Shown here: piece after piece, positions 49,748 to 62,760 of the stretch
Position numbering within the stretch: position 1 is the first letter of the stretch
How the letters are laid out: the number at the start of each line of letters is the position of its first letter
From: Lama guanicoe
Taxonomy: Eukaryota
Reading direction: 5' to 3'
Length of the DNA: 64,000 bases
Assembly (NCBI GenBank): GCA_013239625.1
Contig: MU054400.1
Span: 1,223,146 to 1,287,145 of the forward strand
Position numbers and translations under genes: made by a program
The notes under the pieces: generated by a model
Databases searched by the model: none
What the model saw: only the letters and a program-made list of their open reading frames with translations
Told to the model about the DNA's origin: nothing

Positions 49748-49920
49748 CATTTGTTACAACTGACGAATCTACTTTGACACATCGTAATCACCCAAAGCCC
49801 ATAGTTTACAGTACAGTTCATTCTTGGTGTTGTACCTTCTTTGGGCTTGAACAAATGTAAAATGACATGTATCTATCACTATGGTATCAGACAGAGTATC
49901 TTCACTGCCCCCAAAATCCA
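49748..49920 (-). mobile_element. L1MC1-like 3' end, right part
   Basis: catttgttacaactgacgaatctac...cacccaaagcccatagtttaca continues the sequence broken at 47322. Confidence 0.8.
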
Positions 49921-51219
49921 GCATCTACTATTCCAATTTGATAGAGAAAACAGCTGACACCCTGTAAAGCCAAGCAGCTTCCCTGAAGTCCCTTAGCCAG
50001 GGCTTGGTCCAAGTTTCCTGACCCCTTTACCACAAAAAGTCCATACTGAAAACCACAACACAATGAGCAGCGACACTAATGGGAGGAAGGCCAGAAGCCA
50101 AAGAGAACCACTCAGAAGGCTGACCATGGCTTTACCTTGGGGAATGTGAAAATAATTTTGTCCCCGTGCTTCTCTTTTATGGTGAAGGTGAGACTGCAGG
50201 AGCTCTCTAATCAGGAGATAAGAAACAGGAATGCATCTAATCAATGTGGATGGCTTTCTGTTCCCAAAGAAATGCCCTTCCTCCCAGAATCCTCAGGGTT
50301 CTGCAGAACTTGAGAAGGAAGTGAAAAGAACTGGTATCATACAGAGTATTTTCACTGCCCGAAAAGTGTGACCAGTCAAAGCTGGAGGTGCCCAGCAGAG
50401 ACAAGCCTGGCCAGACGAGTGGCATACAGGCATCTGGCAGCATTTCCATAGCCAATTCATCTCACCAATTGGTTGGTGTGTGCACTTGATTGAGAAATAT
50501 GGGAGTTATGAGGCAAAAGCTGTATCTCTTGGGTAGGCATGATATAGTAGAAAGAAAATGATTTTTGACATTTGTTTCCTAAAAAGAAGGAAAAATAATT
50601 AGAAAAAAACTAATATTGGTTTGTCATAACAAATTCAAATACATAGAAGAATGTGAAAGTTCTCCTGTAAGTCAGAACTATTACCAGTTTATTGTGTATT
50701 TTTAGACTTTAAAAATGTATAATTATATATATAAATTTAAACATAGATGAATCAGATTATCTATATTCCAAATGTATGTGAAAAATGTTAATTTTTATGT
50801 TTTATGCATTTTACCAAAAATACATATATCTTGAACATCTTTCCATGCCAATCCATATTAGATCTTACTGTCTCCTTTTAAAAGGCTGCTTGCATATGTG
50901 CTGTGGGATGGATATATCATGATTTATTTAATCAGTCCCCACTGATGGGAGATTTATATTGTTCGCTTTCTTTTTTCTATTATAATGATGCAACTATTAT
51001 AACTACTGTAACATTATAATAGTATATATATTTATTTATAACAATTATAATATCTTGGGGAGAAAGTCATAAGTTTGTCTGACCATTTTTTCATACATTC
51101 CTAGAAGTAGAACTGCTGAGGGGGTCAGGGGGCAAGCATACATTATGCTACCAGTTTTCCTTCCAGAGAGGAATGTGACAGTGTATATTCTCACCAAAGG
51201 GGTGTGGGGGATACTCAGG

Positions 51220-51392
51220 TTTTGAAGTCAGAAGATCCAGATTACATGATTCTAAGGCCAGCTGATTGCATGACCTCTGGCAAGTCACCTTTCTTAATGT
51301 CCCTTTCCTTTCCAGGGCCAGTGTTAGAAATCAATGAAATAATGTATGTAAAATGCTTTGCAGCGTGCCTGACACATAGAGCAAATGGTAGT
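51220..51392 (+). mobile_element. MIR
   Basis: tgacctctggcaagtcac...aatgaaataatgtatgtaaaatgctttgcagcgtgcctgacacatag. Confidence 0.7.
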
Positions 51393-52321
51393 TCCTTTTT
51401 GTTTTATAGTGCTCTCTCCTCATTTACTTTGTTTTCATCTAGTCTAAATTATTTTTCATCACTCCCAATTTTCTGAGCCACCAAAAGGAGCTTCAGATAC
51501 TGACTAACTTGAGGTTTTCTAATCAACAGCAAGAGATATTGCCTGCTTACTGAGTCTGGATTTCTCAGGAAAGCACTGAAGCCAATTTCCTGAGCTCTAT
51601 TTTTAGTGACTAAGTCACAAAGAGACAAACTCTCTGCCTCTCAATGAACTTTCCTACGATCTTAATCAGGCTGTGCTTACTCCCCAGAACTCTGCCCATC
51701 AGGCCATTTCAACAGCCGGCCCTTTATCTCTTTAAAACAGGACCCAGCATTAGGCCCTGGAGGCTACAAAGGGCCCATGGAAAACATGGGAGACAGACCC
51801 TAAGACACATGCACCCCAGGACATTGGGGAGCCCAGCTTGAATTATCTTCCCTGTGGCCTTCCACAATCCAAATGCAGGGGGGCTGGAACTGGATTATGG
51901 CTTCTTGGGGCTTTAAGTTCCAAAAGTATTGATTTGGGGTTGAAATTAACCAGGTCCCAATGACAGAAGGTGCCCAGTGACAACTCTCCAAACTGCCAAA
52001 AGGGGGCAGTGTAGTTTTATGGTTAAAAGCATTGGCTTAACCATAACAGCATATGGTTAAGGGCTTTGACTCCACATACCTGGGCTTAAAGTAGACCTTT
52101 GCCACTTATTAGCTGCGTTACCTTGGGTCTCACTTGCCTTCTCTGAAGATTAAGGGTATACCTTCCTCATATTGCTGAAGGGGTGAAATGAAATGTCTGT
52201 TGGGTGGCAGACACATAGTACTCATAAAAAGCAGAATACACATCTGTAGAGTATATGATTGAATATGATAATCAGATATGACATGGGGTTACCAAGTAAA
52301 GGAGACAGAAAGATTGAATCC

Positions 52322-52890
52322 ATTTGGTTCATTCATTTGTTCACTCATTCATTCATCCATTCATCCATTTAAGAGATATCTAATGAATATTTACTATGTA
52401 TAAGGAAACTTGCAAGGCACAGGAGACATAACGGGAAGTAAAAATAGATATGGTCTCTGCCTTCATGAAACTTGGTCTTCAGAAGGACCCATGTGAACAG
52501 AATAATCAAACAAACATATGCAAAATTATAAATGTAAAAAGTGCAGTAAGGGCAAGGCTACTGACCAAGTCTAGGCGAGGCCCCTCTGGGATGAAATTAT
52601 AGCTGAGCTAAGATCTGAAGGATGTGTAAGAATAACAAAAAGAAAAAAAAGGTAGAAGGTGCAAGGAAGGCATTTCAAGCAGAAGGAACAACATGAGCAA
52701 AGGTTCTCAAGCAGAAGAGAGTCTGGGACATCAGAGAAATGGAGCAAAAGCCAGTAAGGTTGGATGCAGTGATGGGGGTTAACATGGTATGAGATCAGCT
52801 GGAGAGGAAGGCAGGAGCTAGACCACATAAGTCCTTGCAGGCCATGTTAAGGATTTGAGTCTTTATAGTAAGAACAATGGGAAGCTGTTG
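52322..52890 (-). mobile_element. L2 3' end with (TTCA)n tail
   Basis: ttcattcatt repeats followed by atttactatgt...tggtctctgccttcatg...ggccatgttaaggattt. Confidence 0.8.
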
Positions 52891-54239
52891 AGATGTAAGG
52901 AGCTGTAGTGGGCACCCCTGCTACCTGGCAATGCTCTCCTCTGATACTGCCATTCATGAGGATGAAAAGGATAGAGCTTCACACAACTCCTGCTGCAGTC
53001 ATCCAGGAGAGGGGAACAGAGATGTAATCTGCAACAGGTCTCTTCCCAAGACAGAATGAGTGCATTTAGAGCCTCATTGCCCAAGAAAGAACTGGACCTA
53101 AGGAGAAATGGACCATCCAGGGCTAGGAGACTCTGATCAGAAATTCCATACTGGGTAGATGGGCTGTCACTACAAAGCTTAACGTTTTCCGGCTGCTGCA
53201 TAGCCAGCCTCCACCTCTCAGACTTCCTGCACTGTCATATCAGATGCTCCATGGCATTGGACATGATGACTAAGGGACTCATAACTATTAGGCAGGGGTG
53301 ATGGAGGTGCAACACTCCTGTGGGCACCTGGAAGGGCCTGGGGTGGGTTCAGATTTGCAGGGAGCAACTTTCAACCTCTGTGTGCCCCCCTGGTTAGCTG
53401 GCTCACAGTACCCATGGTGCTCGCACTGTGTTTGTTCGGGGCACATGTGCACTTAGAAGTGCACAGTGTCTACAGTCTCTCCTGTGAGGAGAGGCACCAG
53501 CAGTGAAGATCCTGGGCAGCGTAGGAACGCCGAAGTCCCAGAAGGTGGTGGCTATGTTCTAGCCTTCATAGGTTTTTGAACTTGGTTGGAAAGAGAAAAC
53601 GTCTTGAGAATGCTGGAGCTGCCCGCCCAACCCCTCCTCCTGCCTCTCCCAGCCCAGGGCCCAGCTAAACAGGAAACCAGGCTTGGGTCCCTTCCAGGGC
53701 CCAGACTGGGCCAGGAAGCTCAGGAAATAAGTGAGAAAGACCCTCTTCAGCATAGAAGAAGGCTGCTCAGAAATCCCTGGGAAGGTAAAATAAACCCAGC
53801 CCCAGCTGAGCTCTCTCCCAGAGGAGGAAAGGACTGGAGCTGCCTCCGCTCTCCAGCGTGGGGCAGTGTGACCCTCACAGGATTGACAGAGATCAGACCT
53901 AGGAGCTTCATGAGGAGAGACAGTGCTGTCTCAGTGAGAACGGACTTCAAGCAAGGACCTTCCCCTCAGAACCCAGGTCCACAGTGAAGAGGGGTGGGTA
54001 CATGTGGTCTAAAGACATCTAGGGCCATCTTATGTTGATAAGGAAGGAAATGATGGTTTAAGATAAGGGCAGTGGTAGAAAAAGTAGACCTAAAAAACAA
54101 AGGGCTAGGGAGAGCTGCGATATCTCCGGGGATAAAACTGACAGGGAGTTCTCTGCTGTCCAAATGTAAAGGAAAATCCTGATGAAATAATGGACTGAGG
54201 TGATGACCATCAGAGGCTGCTTAAAAACATGAGGTGAAA

Positions 54240-54625
54240 GGCTGAAGAGAAACCTTTGTGATGGAGAGATCAGGTTAACTACACCACTAATCAATTTGAG
54301 CAACACAAAAAGTAGGACAACCTTGTGTCCTGTGCTTCCTGATAAAACACACTATAAAGTACAGGGCACCACCTCGAAAGTATCCTTCACAAAAAAGTTG
54401 AATTGGAATCTGATCAGACCCTGAGATCTAATTACCAGTTTGCAGAAATACAGGAGACAAAGGACTATAGATGAAATAATTATTCACAGTAATCCAGTGG
54501 GTGGCTATAGGTGAAACAAGATTAGCCCTAGGTTGATAATTGTTTAAGTTGGGTGGCTCATCTTACCTTTTTCTCTATTTTGTATGTGTTTGAAATTTTC
54601 TGTGGCAAAATATTATAAAATTTTG
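54240..54625 (+). mobile_element. L1MC-family 3' fragment
   Basis: gaatctgatcagaccctgagatctaattaccagtttgcag; gtgaaacaagattagccc; tttgtatgtgtttgaaatttt. Confidence 0.6.
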
Positions 54626-56259
54626 AAGAAGTTCTGCAGACTAGAAACTGCCTCCTTCTCTAGCCCACTGACCTGTGGGAAGAGTAGTTGCAATGTGGAC
54701 TTTTTCAAATGTTTCTTGAGCCCTGAGGGTTGGCCTTTGGGAGCTGAAACAGCAACAAGACATCCTCCATGAGCATCAGTAGTGGGGCTCTCCACGAAGG
54801 CTCACTCCATCAGCAGGACCCTTCAACAGCCATGGCTGGAAGGGGCAGGGGCTGGGCCTCATCCAGCCCAAGCCCACTCACTGGAACCCCTTCTGGGAAT
54901 CAACGGGAGCACTGAGCACTTCCATTTCTAGCCTGGCCTAATCAGGGCCCTGTCAAGGAGGCCAAGGACTCTTCCCATTTGGTGATGAGAATAAACCATC
55001 TTCTCACCCTCTCCTGTAAAAGCTTCCTTGGGAAGCAGTGGCAAAAAAAAATGGAAACCACCAACCCCTTAATTAGCATCAGCCTTTAGATCAGAAGTGA
55101 TACAGTAATTTGCAGCTCATTTTCATGTACATGATCTTATTTATTTTATAAATAGCCTGAAAGATTAGGAGCCTGGCCAAAGGTCATAACAAAATAGAAC
55201 ATAACATTCTAGCCAGAGCTAGAATGTACCCAGCTGACTTCCTACCAGGGCTGTGCACAGCTCCTGCCCTAAGTCCCATGCCCCTCACTAGCTCTCCCGG
55301 GATCTCTGCACCACTGCCCCCCACCCCACCAAGGATACTCAGACCAATTCCTCTCATGGAAGTTCCTGAAGACTACCTGGCCACTGTAGTTCAGCCCCTG
55401 GCAAATGAAGGATCTAAAACATGAAGTTCCATCAGCAAATTGATAGGGAGGCTGACAGATGATCAAACTTTGATTGCTGATTGGTTCCCTTTGCTGTCAG
55501 TGTTTTCTATCTTGAATATCACCCCACCCCAGTCCCAACTTGGTCTCTCTCCCCAACGCCATGTAATTTTCCTTTCTCCCCCCAAAACTACTTACTAGCC
55601 ATCACTACCTCCTCACATCATTATCCTCACTTAGCCTTTCTTTAAGCTTATGATCTCTGAGTCAGCTGGGAGCAGAGAGGTCTTTCTGGAAGCTAAAATG
55701 CACCTTTAGGATCTGCAGGAGGCCCAATGGAGGCCCCTCTCACCAGGTCCTGCAATCTGCATGCCAATGTGACTGCTGGCCTTCCCACCAGTGGCAGGCC
55801 TGCTCCTACACAGAATAGCTTGCGGCATTTGGTTTCTGTGGTAAGAACGTAAACCTCACATCTGACACGTAAAGAACAACATTCAGGCTGGCACCCTTCC
55901 CTCCCTCCAAGAGCTCCAGATATATATAATATCTGCATATATATATATATACACACACCTTATCTCCAGGAGGATGTGTGCGAGTCATACAATGGTGGAA
56001 GACTCAGGTAGAAGTTCTTCATCAGCAGAGCTAGGTTTTTTGCTCACTAAATATTTACACATCACAACTTTATTAAGAGCTTTTCCAGCCTCACGACAAA
56101 GTTGGATTGGCTCTCCCATGTTCTCCTACGTCTTTCCCTCCTGAAAACTGACCTCATGTTGCAAAGGCAGAGAATGGAGAAAGGCCAATTTGTAAGGGAT
56201 TCAGACTACCAACAGCTGGAATCAAGAAGCAAATCATTCCTTGTCAGAGCATTCCAGCT

Positions 56260-56580
56260 CCTTCTCAACCTGCAGTCTGAGCTCAAACATCGCTTTCTCA
56301 TAGGATCCTTGCCTGACATCTCCAATCTAATGCGGGAAGCTTTATTATTCTCTCTCATGCTACCTCATTCTTGTCTTTTCTACCACTTGTAATAGTTTGT
56401 TGTTGTAATTTTGTTTGTACATTTTATTTGTTTAGTATCTGAGTCTCCCTCTGGGTTGCCAGTTCATAAAGGCAGGGACCATGTTTGCTTTATTTATCAT
56501 ATAACTCCTTGTGTCCGGTACAGTGTCTTGCATATAGCAGATGCTCAAAAGATATTTTTGAATAATAAATGAATGCTCCA
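56260..56580 (+). mobile_element. L2 3' end
   Basis: aaggcagggaccatgt...cagtgtcttgcatatagcagatgctcaaaagatatttttgaataataaatgaatg. Confidence 0.75.
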
Positions 56581-57869
56581 ATCCACGAATCCTCCTGAAT
56601 CTCCCACAATTCTACACAGGTACCTTCTGCTCTACTGACTAAGTCCCACCCAATCATCCCCCTCTGGGTCTCTCTCCTGCTCCTCTCCTTAGAATCACCC
56701 CCCAATCTCCTCTCCATTCTTACTCATTTTTAAAGGAAGCAGCTGTAGTCTTCTGTAGTTCTGTTTCATGAGAGCAAGTTTCTTCTTTGACAGACTGTGA
56801 GCTCTGGGGCAAAAGCTATCCGCCACGGAGTTAAAAGGGGAGTTGTGGTGATGAAACTCATAATTCAACACATCAAAGTGGACACTCCAAATCAGGATAG
56901 CATATGTATCAAGTTATATGCTAGAGGTTACAGAGGCTTTTGAGATTGGTTGAGAGCTCACTAGAATAGTCAGGTAAGGCTTCCTGGAGAAGGAGCGTTT
57001 ACATGGACCTCTAAAGAATGGGTAGGAGTGGAACAGGAAGAGAAGGAGAGGAGAGAGAATTTTTAAGAGGAGACGAGGCCTCAAGGTGCCAATGGATGAG
57101 AAGAAATATAAAGCCTGGCTGGACCTGCTAGCAAGGAAGCTGGCATGAATGGTAGAAAGTATGGCCAGCTGGGAGGGCAACAGCCTAGTGCAGACGCCTC
57201 AAAAGCTAGTGGAGAAATTTAAGTTGATGCAGAAGAACTTAACTAAGTCCCAGGTTGTGAAGGAGATATCATGGGCCTGAGAGTCAGGATACCTGGGTTC
57301 CAGTCTAGGCCACACCAACCTCCCGCCGGACAATGGCCAAGCCTATTTATCTTTCTGGGATTCTGCTTGTGTATCTGTAAAACAGGCAAAAATTATTTAC
57401 CCAGATGGTTGCACAATGTGGGGTACAGGTACTTCAGAAACATCTTTCATCTACCTTAAGAAAAGAGTTTATAAGGATAAGACAACTGCATCCATGAACT
57501 TCACACAAAGAAAATGTATCAGGGCCACAGGACAGGTAGAAGGGAGAGTTCACACCTTACTGAAAAAAAGGAAAGGATGCATGAAGACGGTGGCATTTTT
57601 GTGATTGGCCTTGAAGGATAGGAAAGATTAGCAAAAACACGTTAACAGAAAATAAGGAAAGTGCTGCTCACATTTAGTTCCATGGTGGATTTTTTGGGAC
57701 ATATTTGTATTGCACACTTACTAGAGACATCTTTATTGCTAAAATGTCATTCCCAATTCCTACTCTCCAAAGAGTGTGGCATTTTGCAAAGAGCAATGTG
57801 TCTTCTAGGTGCCTGGTTCCTGGCGCAATTTAAGAATTGCTACCATAGAGAATGAGAGGTAATGGAGTC

Positions 57870-58500
57870 CACAGGTAGAGGCATGTCCACCTCCCACCCA
57901 GTGGCCCTGGTTCCTCCCTGAGAAGCCACAGGTAATATGCAATCTAACCGTCTTTCCTTTCTTAACTCCAGTCCTTTAGGCATTTGGAAACCTTAAAATG
58001 CTTTTCCTGAGACTGTTTGTTTGTTTACAGGCTGAAAAGCCTCAGTTCTTTCAACTATTCTCACATGACATGTTTTTGACTTCTTTCATCATCCCAGTCC
58101 CTCTTTCTTTTTTTTTAACATTTTTTATTGATTTATAATCATTTTACAATGTTGTGTCAAATTCCAGTGTTCAGCACAATTTTTCAGTCATTCATGGACA
58201 TATACACACTCATTGTCACATTTTTTCTCTGTGAGTTATAACATTTTGTGTATATTTCCCTGTGCTATACAGTGTAATCTTGTTTATCTATTCTACAATT
58301 TTGAAATCCCAGTCTATCCCTTCCCATCCCCTCTTTCTTTTGAATAATGACATCAGCACAGAATGCAGGACTTCAGATGGCACCCACCAGTGCAGAATAG
58401 GACTACTGCCTCCTAGGACCTGAACTCCAAACTTCTATTAATGCAGTCCGAGAGCACATTAGCTTGTCCAGTGGCTATGTCACATAGAAGACATTCATTA
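57870..58500 (-). mobile_element. L3/CR1 fragment, interrupted by a young L1
   Basis: cagttctttcaactattctcacatgacatg; cttctattaatgcagtccgagagcacattagc. Confidence 0.6.
58112..58328 (-). mobile_element. Young camelid-type L1 3' end, 5'-truncated
   Basis: ttttattgatttataatcattttacaatgttgtgtcaaattccagtg...ttccctgtgctatacagtg; TSD CCCTCTTTCTTTT at 58099-58111 and 58329-58341. Confidence 0.88.
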
Positions 58501-60061
58501 AGCCCTGTCCACATAAGCACTAGCTTTCTTTGGAGGTCCACCCTAGTCTACCCAATCACAAAGCTGCCCCTAGATTCCTACTTAAATTCCACATTGCTGA
58601 ATTCAGCTAGCTATCTTTCTGAGAATAAGAGTCACATTACACACATGCAGTATAGTTTCTGCTAAGTATGAAACTGCCACCTCACTAGCCCCAGTGGATT
58701 CTTACCTGTATTAGCAGCCAGCCTACCCCAAGATGTCATTCCAGGCCTTGCCTTGATTTTACACTGCTAAGGAAAAGAGCTACCCTATTTCAGATGTGTC
58801 CTGAGTTCAATATTACAGTAGCTACAGCTATTTAGTGATCATGAAACCTCAATTAACAATAATAAAAGTATAATATCAATATTATGGTTAGTGGCAGCCC
58901 CATTATCTGTGCTGGTCAGATCACATGGAGAGGTCTGTGTCTAGTTCCATGGGTGAGAAACTCAAAAGCATCCACTAGAGCAGCCAGGACGACTGGGGTT
59001 TTGGAAACCAGTCTCCGGGGAAATGGTAGAAGGAAAAATAGGGCCTGTCTAGCTTGGGGGGAAGAAAAGTGCTAAGACTGGGTAGGGCCTTTTCTCTCCA
59101 GTAACTGCTAGCTTAAGGGTCTCCTCTCTTAGCCTATTCGTTCTTCTCGCCCCCTTGGTCAAGGGCTTATAGTTTTCATCTTAAGTGTGGCCAACAACTT
59201 ATGAGATATTTATGAGATCTCTTTCTGAATCTCTTTTCTTCACTTCTCAGCAGAGTCAAGGTTAATTCCTCTTACCTGGCCTATTCCAAGGATTTTTAAC
59301 TTTATATCAAGTCAATACTTCAAAAACCCATGCTGATCAGGGCAGGAAAGATCAGTTTTCTCCATTCATTTCTTAAAGAGCCATATCCTAAGACTCCAAT
59401 CTTCAGTAAAACAGACTGCTGAGTTGACTAACATCTCCAAGAGACTTCTTTTCCTGTGTTCTTTGCCTAGGATAGCTATGATGATTCAGGGCTGCCTGTA
59501 TGGCAAGCAGAACACTAGAAGTGACGTTTCCCCTGCTCAAGACTATGGCAGACACGGAAACTCAACCACGTCACTGTTTCTCATTGAACCAGGACTCAGT
59601 CTCAGAATCCACGTTAACACAAGATCCAGGCAGCTGCTACTGATCAATGGGCATTGGCTTATACGGAGTGAACAGAACAGAGGCATGCAGCAGCCACTCC
59701 GGGATTAAAAGTAAAATACTAAATGGGTCAACTCTACAGTACATGAATTATATCTCAATGAAGTTGTCCAAAAAAAAAAGTTAATGGTGAAAATGCTGGT
59801 TTTACCAAAGCAGCATTTAGCAGAGAGACTAGGGAAGTAAATATCTTGGGGAAAAACAACTAGGTACTTAATAGTTGCTTCTGCACCTGACTGGAGTTCA
59901 CTAAGAACTTCCTACTGATGGCAACAAGTTCAGATTCTGACACAAAGCAGCAATGTCCCATTAGAAACTAGCACAGGGAAAAATGGTATGGGTTATAAAA
60001 AGGCTCAAAGAGCTGGGAAGAATATAAATCTAGACTGGATCAGAAGAGAGACTAATTTCTA

Positions 60062-60356
60062 AAAGTTTCCCAAAGAGTACTTCATGAAACACATTGGTTC
60101 TGTAAGATGTGAATAGGTGTAACATACAAAAAGATTCCATAGTTACATAAGTTGGGGAAACACCGGGTTAAACAAAGCTGGAAAGATTTCTTTACTATAT
60201 GGCTTTTCACAGTCTCTAAAATGCTAGTAAACATTGTGTGTGATAGGATAGAGTGTGTAGGGTTTCCCAAAGGAATTTGTCTATAGATCCTTTATCCCCC
60301 CCATAAAGTATCTTAAAGGACCAATATTCCTAAGAATATACTATAGGAAATGCTAG
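60062..60356. mobile_element. Palindromic hAT-Charlie MITE (MER103C-like)
   Basis: gtttcccaaa...ataagttggggaaacaccgggttaaacaaag...tttctttact...gtttcccaaa...ggaaatgct. Confidence 0.55.
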
Positions 60357-62129
60357 TCTGAGCCATGCTTGACTGAGAGCTTCACTAATTCCTTTAGAAG
60401 GATAAAATTGGGAATTAATATGGGAACTATAAATCTTTTATTGCTTGTATATAATTATGTTTAGTTAACTACACAGTAAAATATATATGGTTCTCACTCC
60501 AGTTTGGGTGCAATTAATTCAACAAATCTTAGTTAAAGTACCCCTTCAGGTATTTAGATGGATGGGGTGGACTCTGGTTATGACAGCCAAGAGTCTGGTG
60601 ATGAAAACAGGCAAAACTGCCTGGGTGTGGCTTCTTGTCATACTTAATACTTCTTAGGGCTGGAATGGCCATTCAGAGAACATTTTTTATGGCCATTAGT
60701 CCCTTCTTACTTGTGCACACACTCACATACATCATTATCATCACAGAAACTTAAAATTGACCAGCAATAAACACAACCATCCAATACTCAATCTGACATC
60801 CCTAAATAACAACAACAACAAAAGCAAGTACATATTTGCTTAAATTGGCTCCTAAGAATGTAAAGTCAAGCGTGGGGGACTCCCACTAGCCCCCACCTAA
60901 TTCCCCAGGCCAGACCCTCTGGGCTTCCTTTCTAGACAACTTCCCCTTTCCAGAGTCCCTCCCTAGAGCCCAGGAGTTCACTTGGCTGCCCCACAGTGAA
61001 GCCTAAGGTTCATGTGCCAATTTCTGAACCTCCAGAGCAGAGCCAGATCCAGAGCTGGTCCCAGTTCTGCCTCCTTCCTTCCTTCCTTTCTCCTGCCCAG
61101 ATGGCCAGATTCCCACCAAAGTCTCCTTAGGAAACAATGACTTGAGAGCCGCTGAGCCACGCCTCTTGTTTCCTTTAACCAGCACCTTTGGGTATCTGCC
61201 CTGAGTCTGATTCTCCCCTTCCTGCCCGCTCTGGGGCTCCCCGCACCAGTTTTCCCAGGGTCTGATGGAAGGCATGAAGCAGCTAAGCCATGAAGCTGAG
61301 TTTCCTATGTCTCCTTTCCAGACACAAGGCTCCATCTGCCCTTTCCAAGTGGGTGGAGGGTCCTGAGGTTAATCAAATTCAAGTGAAGAAGGCTCTGTTT
61401 TTCATTTCTGTTCACTCCGGGCTATAGTCAATCAAGGGCAGCTGGCAGCTGGGGGCTGGAAATGACTCAGCCTGATTCCCAACTAGCATGGAGTCAGGTA
61501 GCCTCCTGGTACCATGTGCCCTCAGAGGCTACACCTGGGGCTTTTGAGAAGACAAGTCACCTCTGATCTCAATCCAGAAGTCTGCTCCCTTAGCACACTT
61601 TGCCTGGAAGTTAGCAGCCTGGGCGCTGCTTCTACACCAAGGGCAGCATTCCAGGCTGGTCTCAGAGAAGGGAGGTACGTGTTCTTTTCCATTCTGACTC
61701 TTGCAAGTGAAGCAATAACTCACACATCCATTCTAGAAGAAATCAGTGAAAGGGCTCAGCTCAACCAATCAATCAGAAAACTGTAGGTTTGACCAGAATG
61801 ATGGTAAAAGGCAAGACCAGAAACTGCAACATAAAACAGTCTCTCAGCCAACAAATGATTTTATTTTTCCTTTATCAAAGAGCTGCTGGGAAAAAAAAAA
61901 AACCTACCATGGCTCTTCACTGCCACCAATTCACTTGCATACATCAAAGAAGGTTGCAAGGAAAAAATATTCACTGGCAAATGAGTGCATTTCTCAGTAT
62001 CACTTTTGAGGCTGAAGGGCCAGTGTCACTCTGCTCTTTGGTTTTCAGGACTCCCTGGTCCCCTACAACCCCAAGAAGGTATACAGGCCCCTCAAATTTC
62101 TTGGGGGTGGTGATGGAGCCTCTTGCCAT

Positions 62130-62760
62130 CCAGAGATCCGTGCCAGAAACCTGGGAGTCATCTTTGAATCTCTACCTCTCCCACTCACCTCCAAACAGGT
62201 ACCCCATCCTGCCTATTTCACTTTATTAGCATCTGCATATAAGTCCCCTCCTCTTCTTCTGCTTTAGTTTAGGCCTTCATCATCCCTTGCCTGGATTATT
62301 ACTGTACTCACTTTCATATCAGTTTTCCACCTCCAATCTCACCTTTTCCAATCTCTCAACCACTACTGGAGTGACAGTACTAAAGTCAAATTTGATCACG
62401 TTATTCCCTTAACTAAAATCCTTCATTCATTCAAATGCACCCTTCCATTTCTTCCTCCATGCCCTATGCCTGAAACTCTTGCCCTCACCTCCTCTTAGAG
62501 ATCTGCCAAGCTTCTAGTCCTCTTCTAAGAGCCAGTTCAAGCAATGTCTCCTCCATGAAACCTTCCCTGATCACTTGATGAGAGCCCTTCCTGTTTTCCT
62601 TTGGCCTTTCTAGACCTGGTTCTCTCTTCTTACAGTGCTTATTTCCCTGAATACCTCAATCTGTCTTGACTGTGCATACCCATCCCTGGAGCAAAGGCTG
62701 TGTTATGGAGCCGAGCACAACATTTAGCAGAAAGTAGGTTCTTAGTGTTTGTTGATTGAG
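62130..62760 (+). mobile_element. L2 fragments
   Basis: gccagaaacctgggagtcatctttga; cctggattatt; tctcctccatgaaaccttccctga. Confidence 0.75.
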
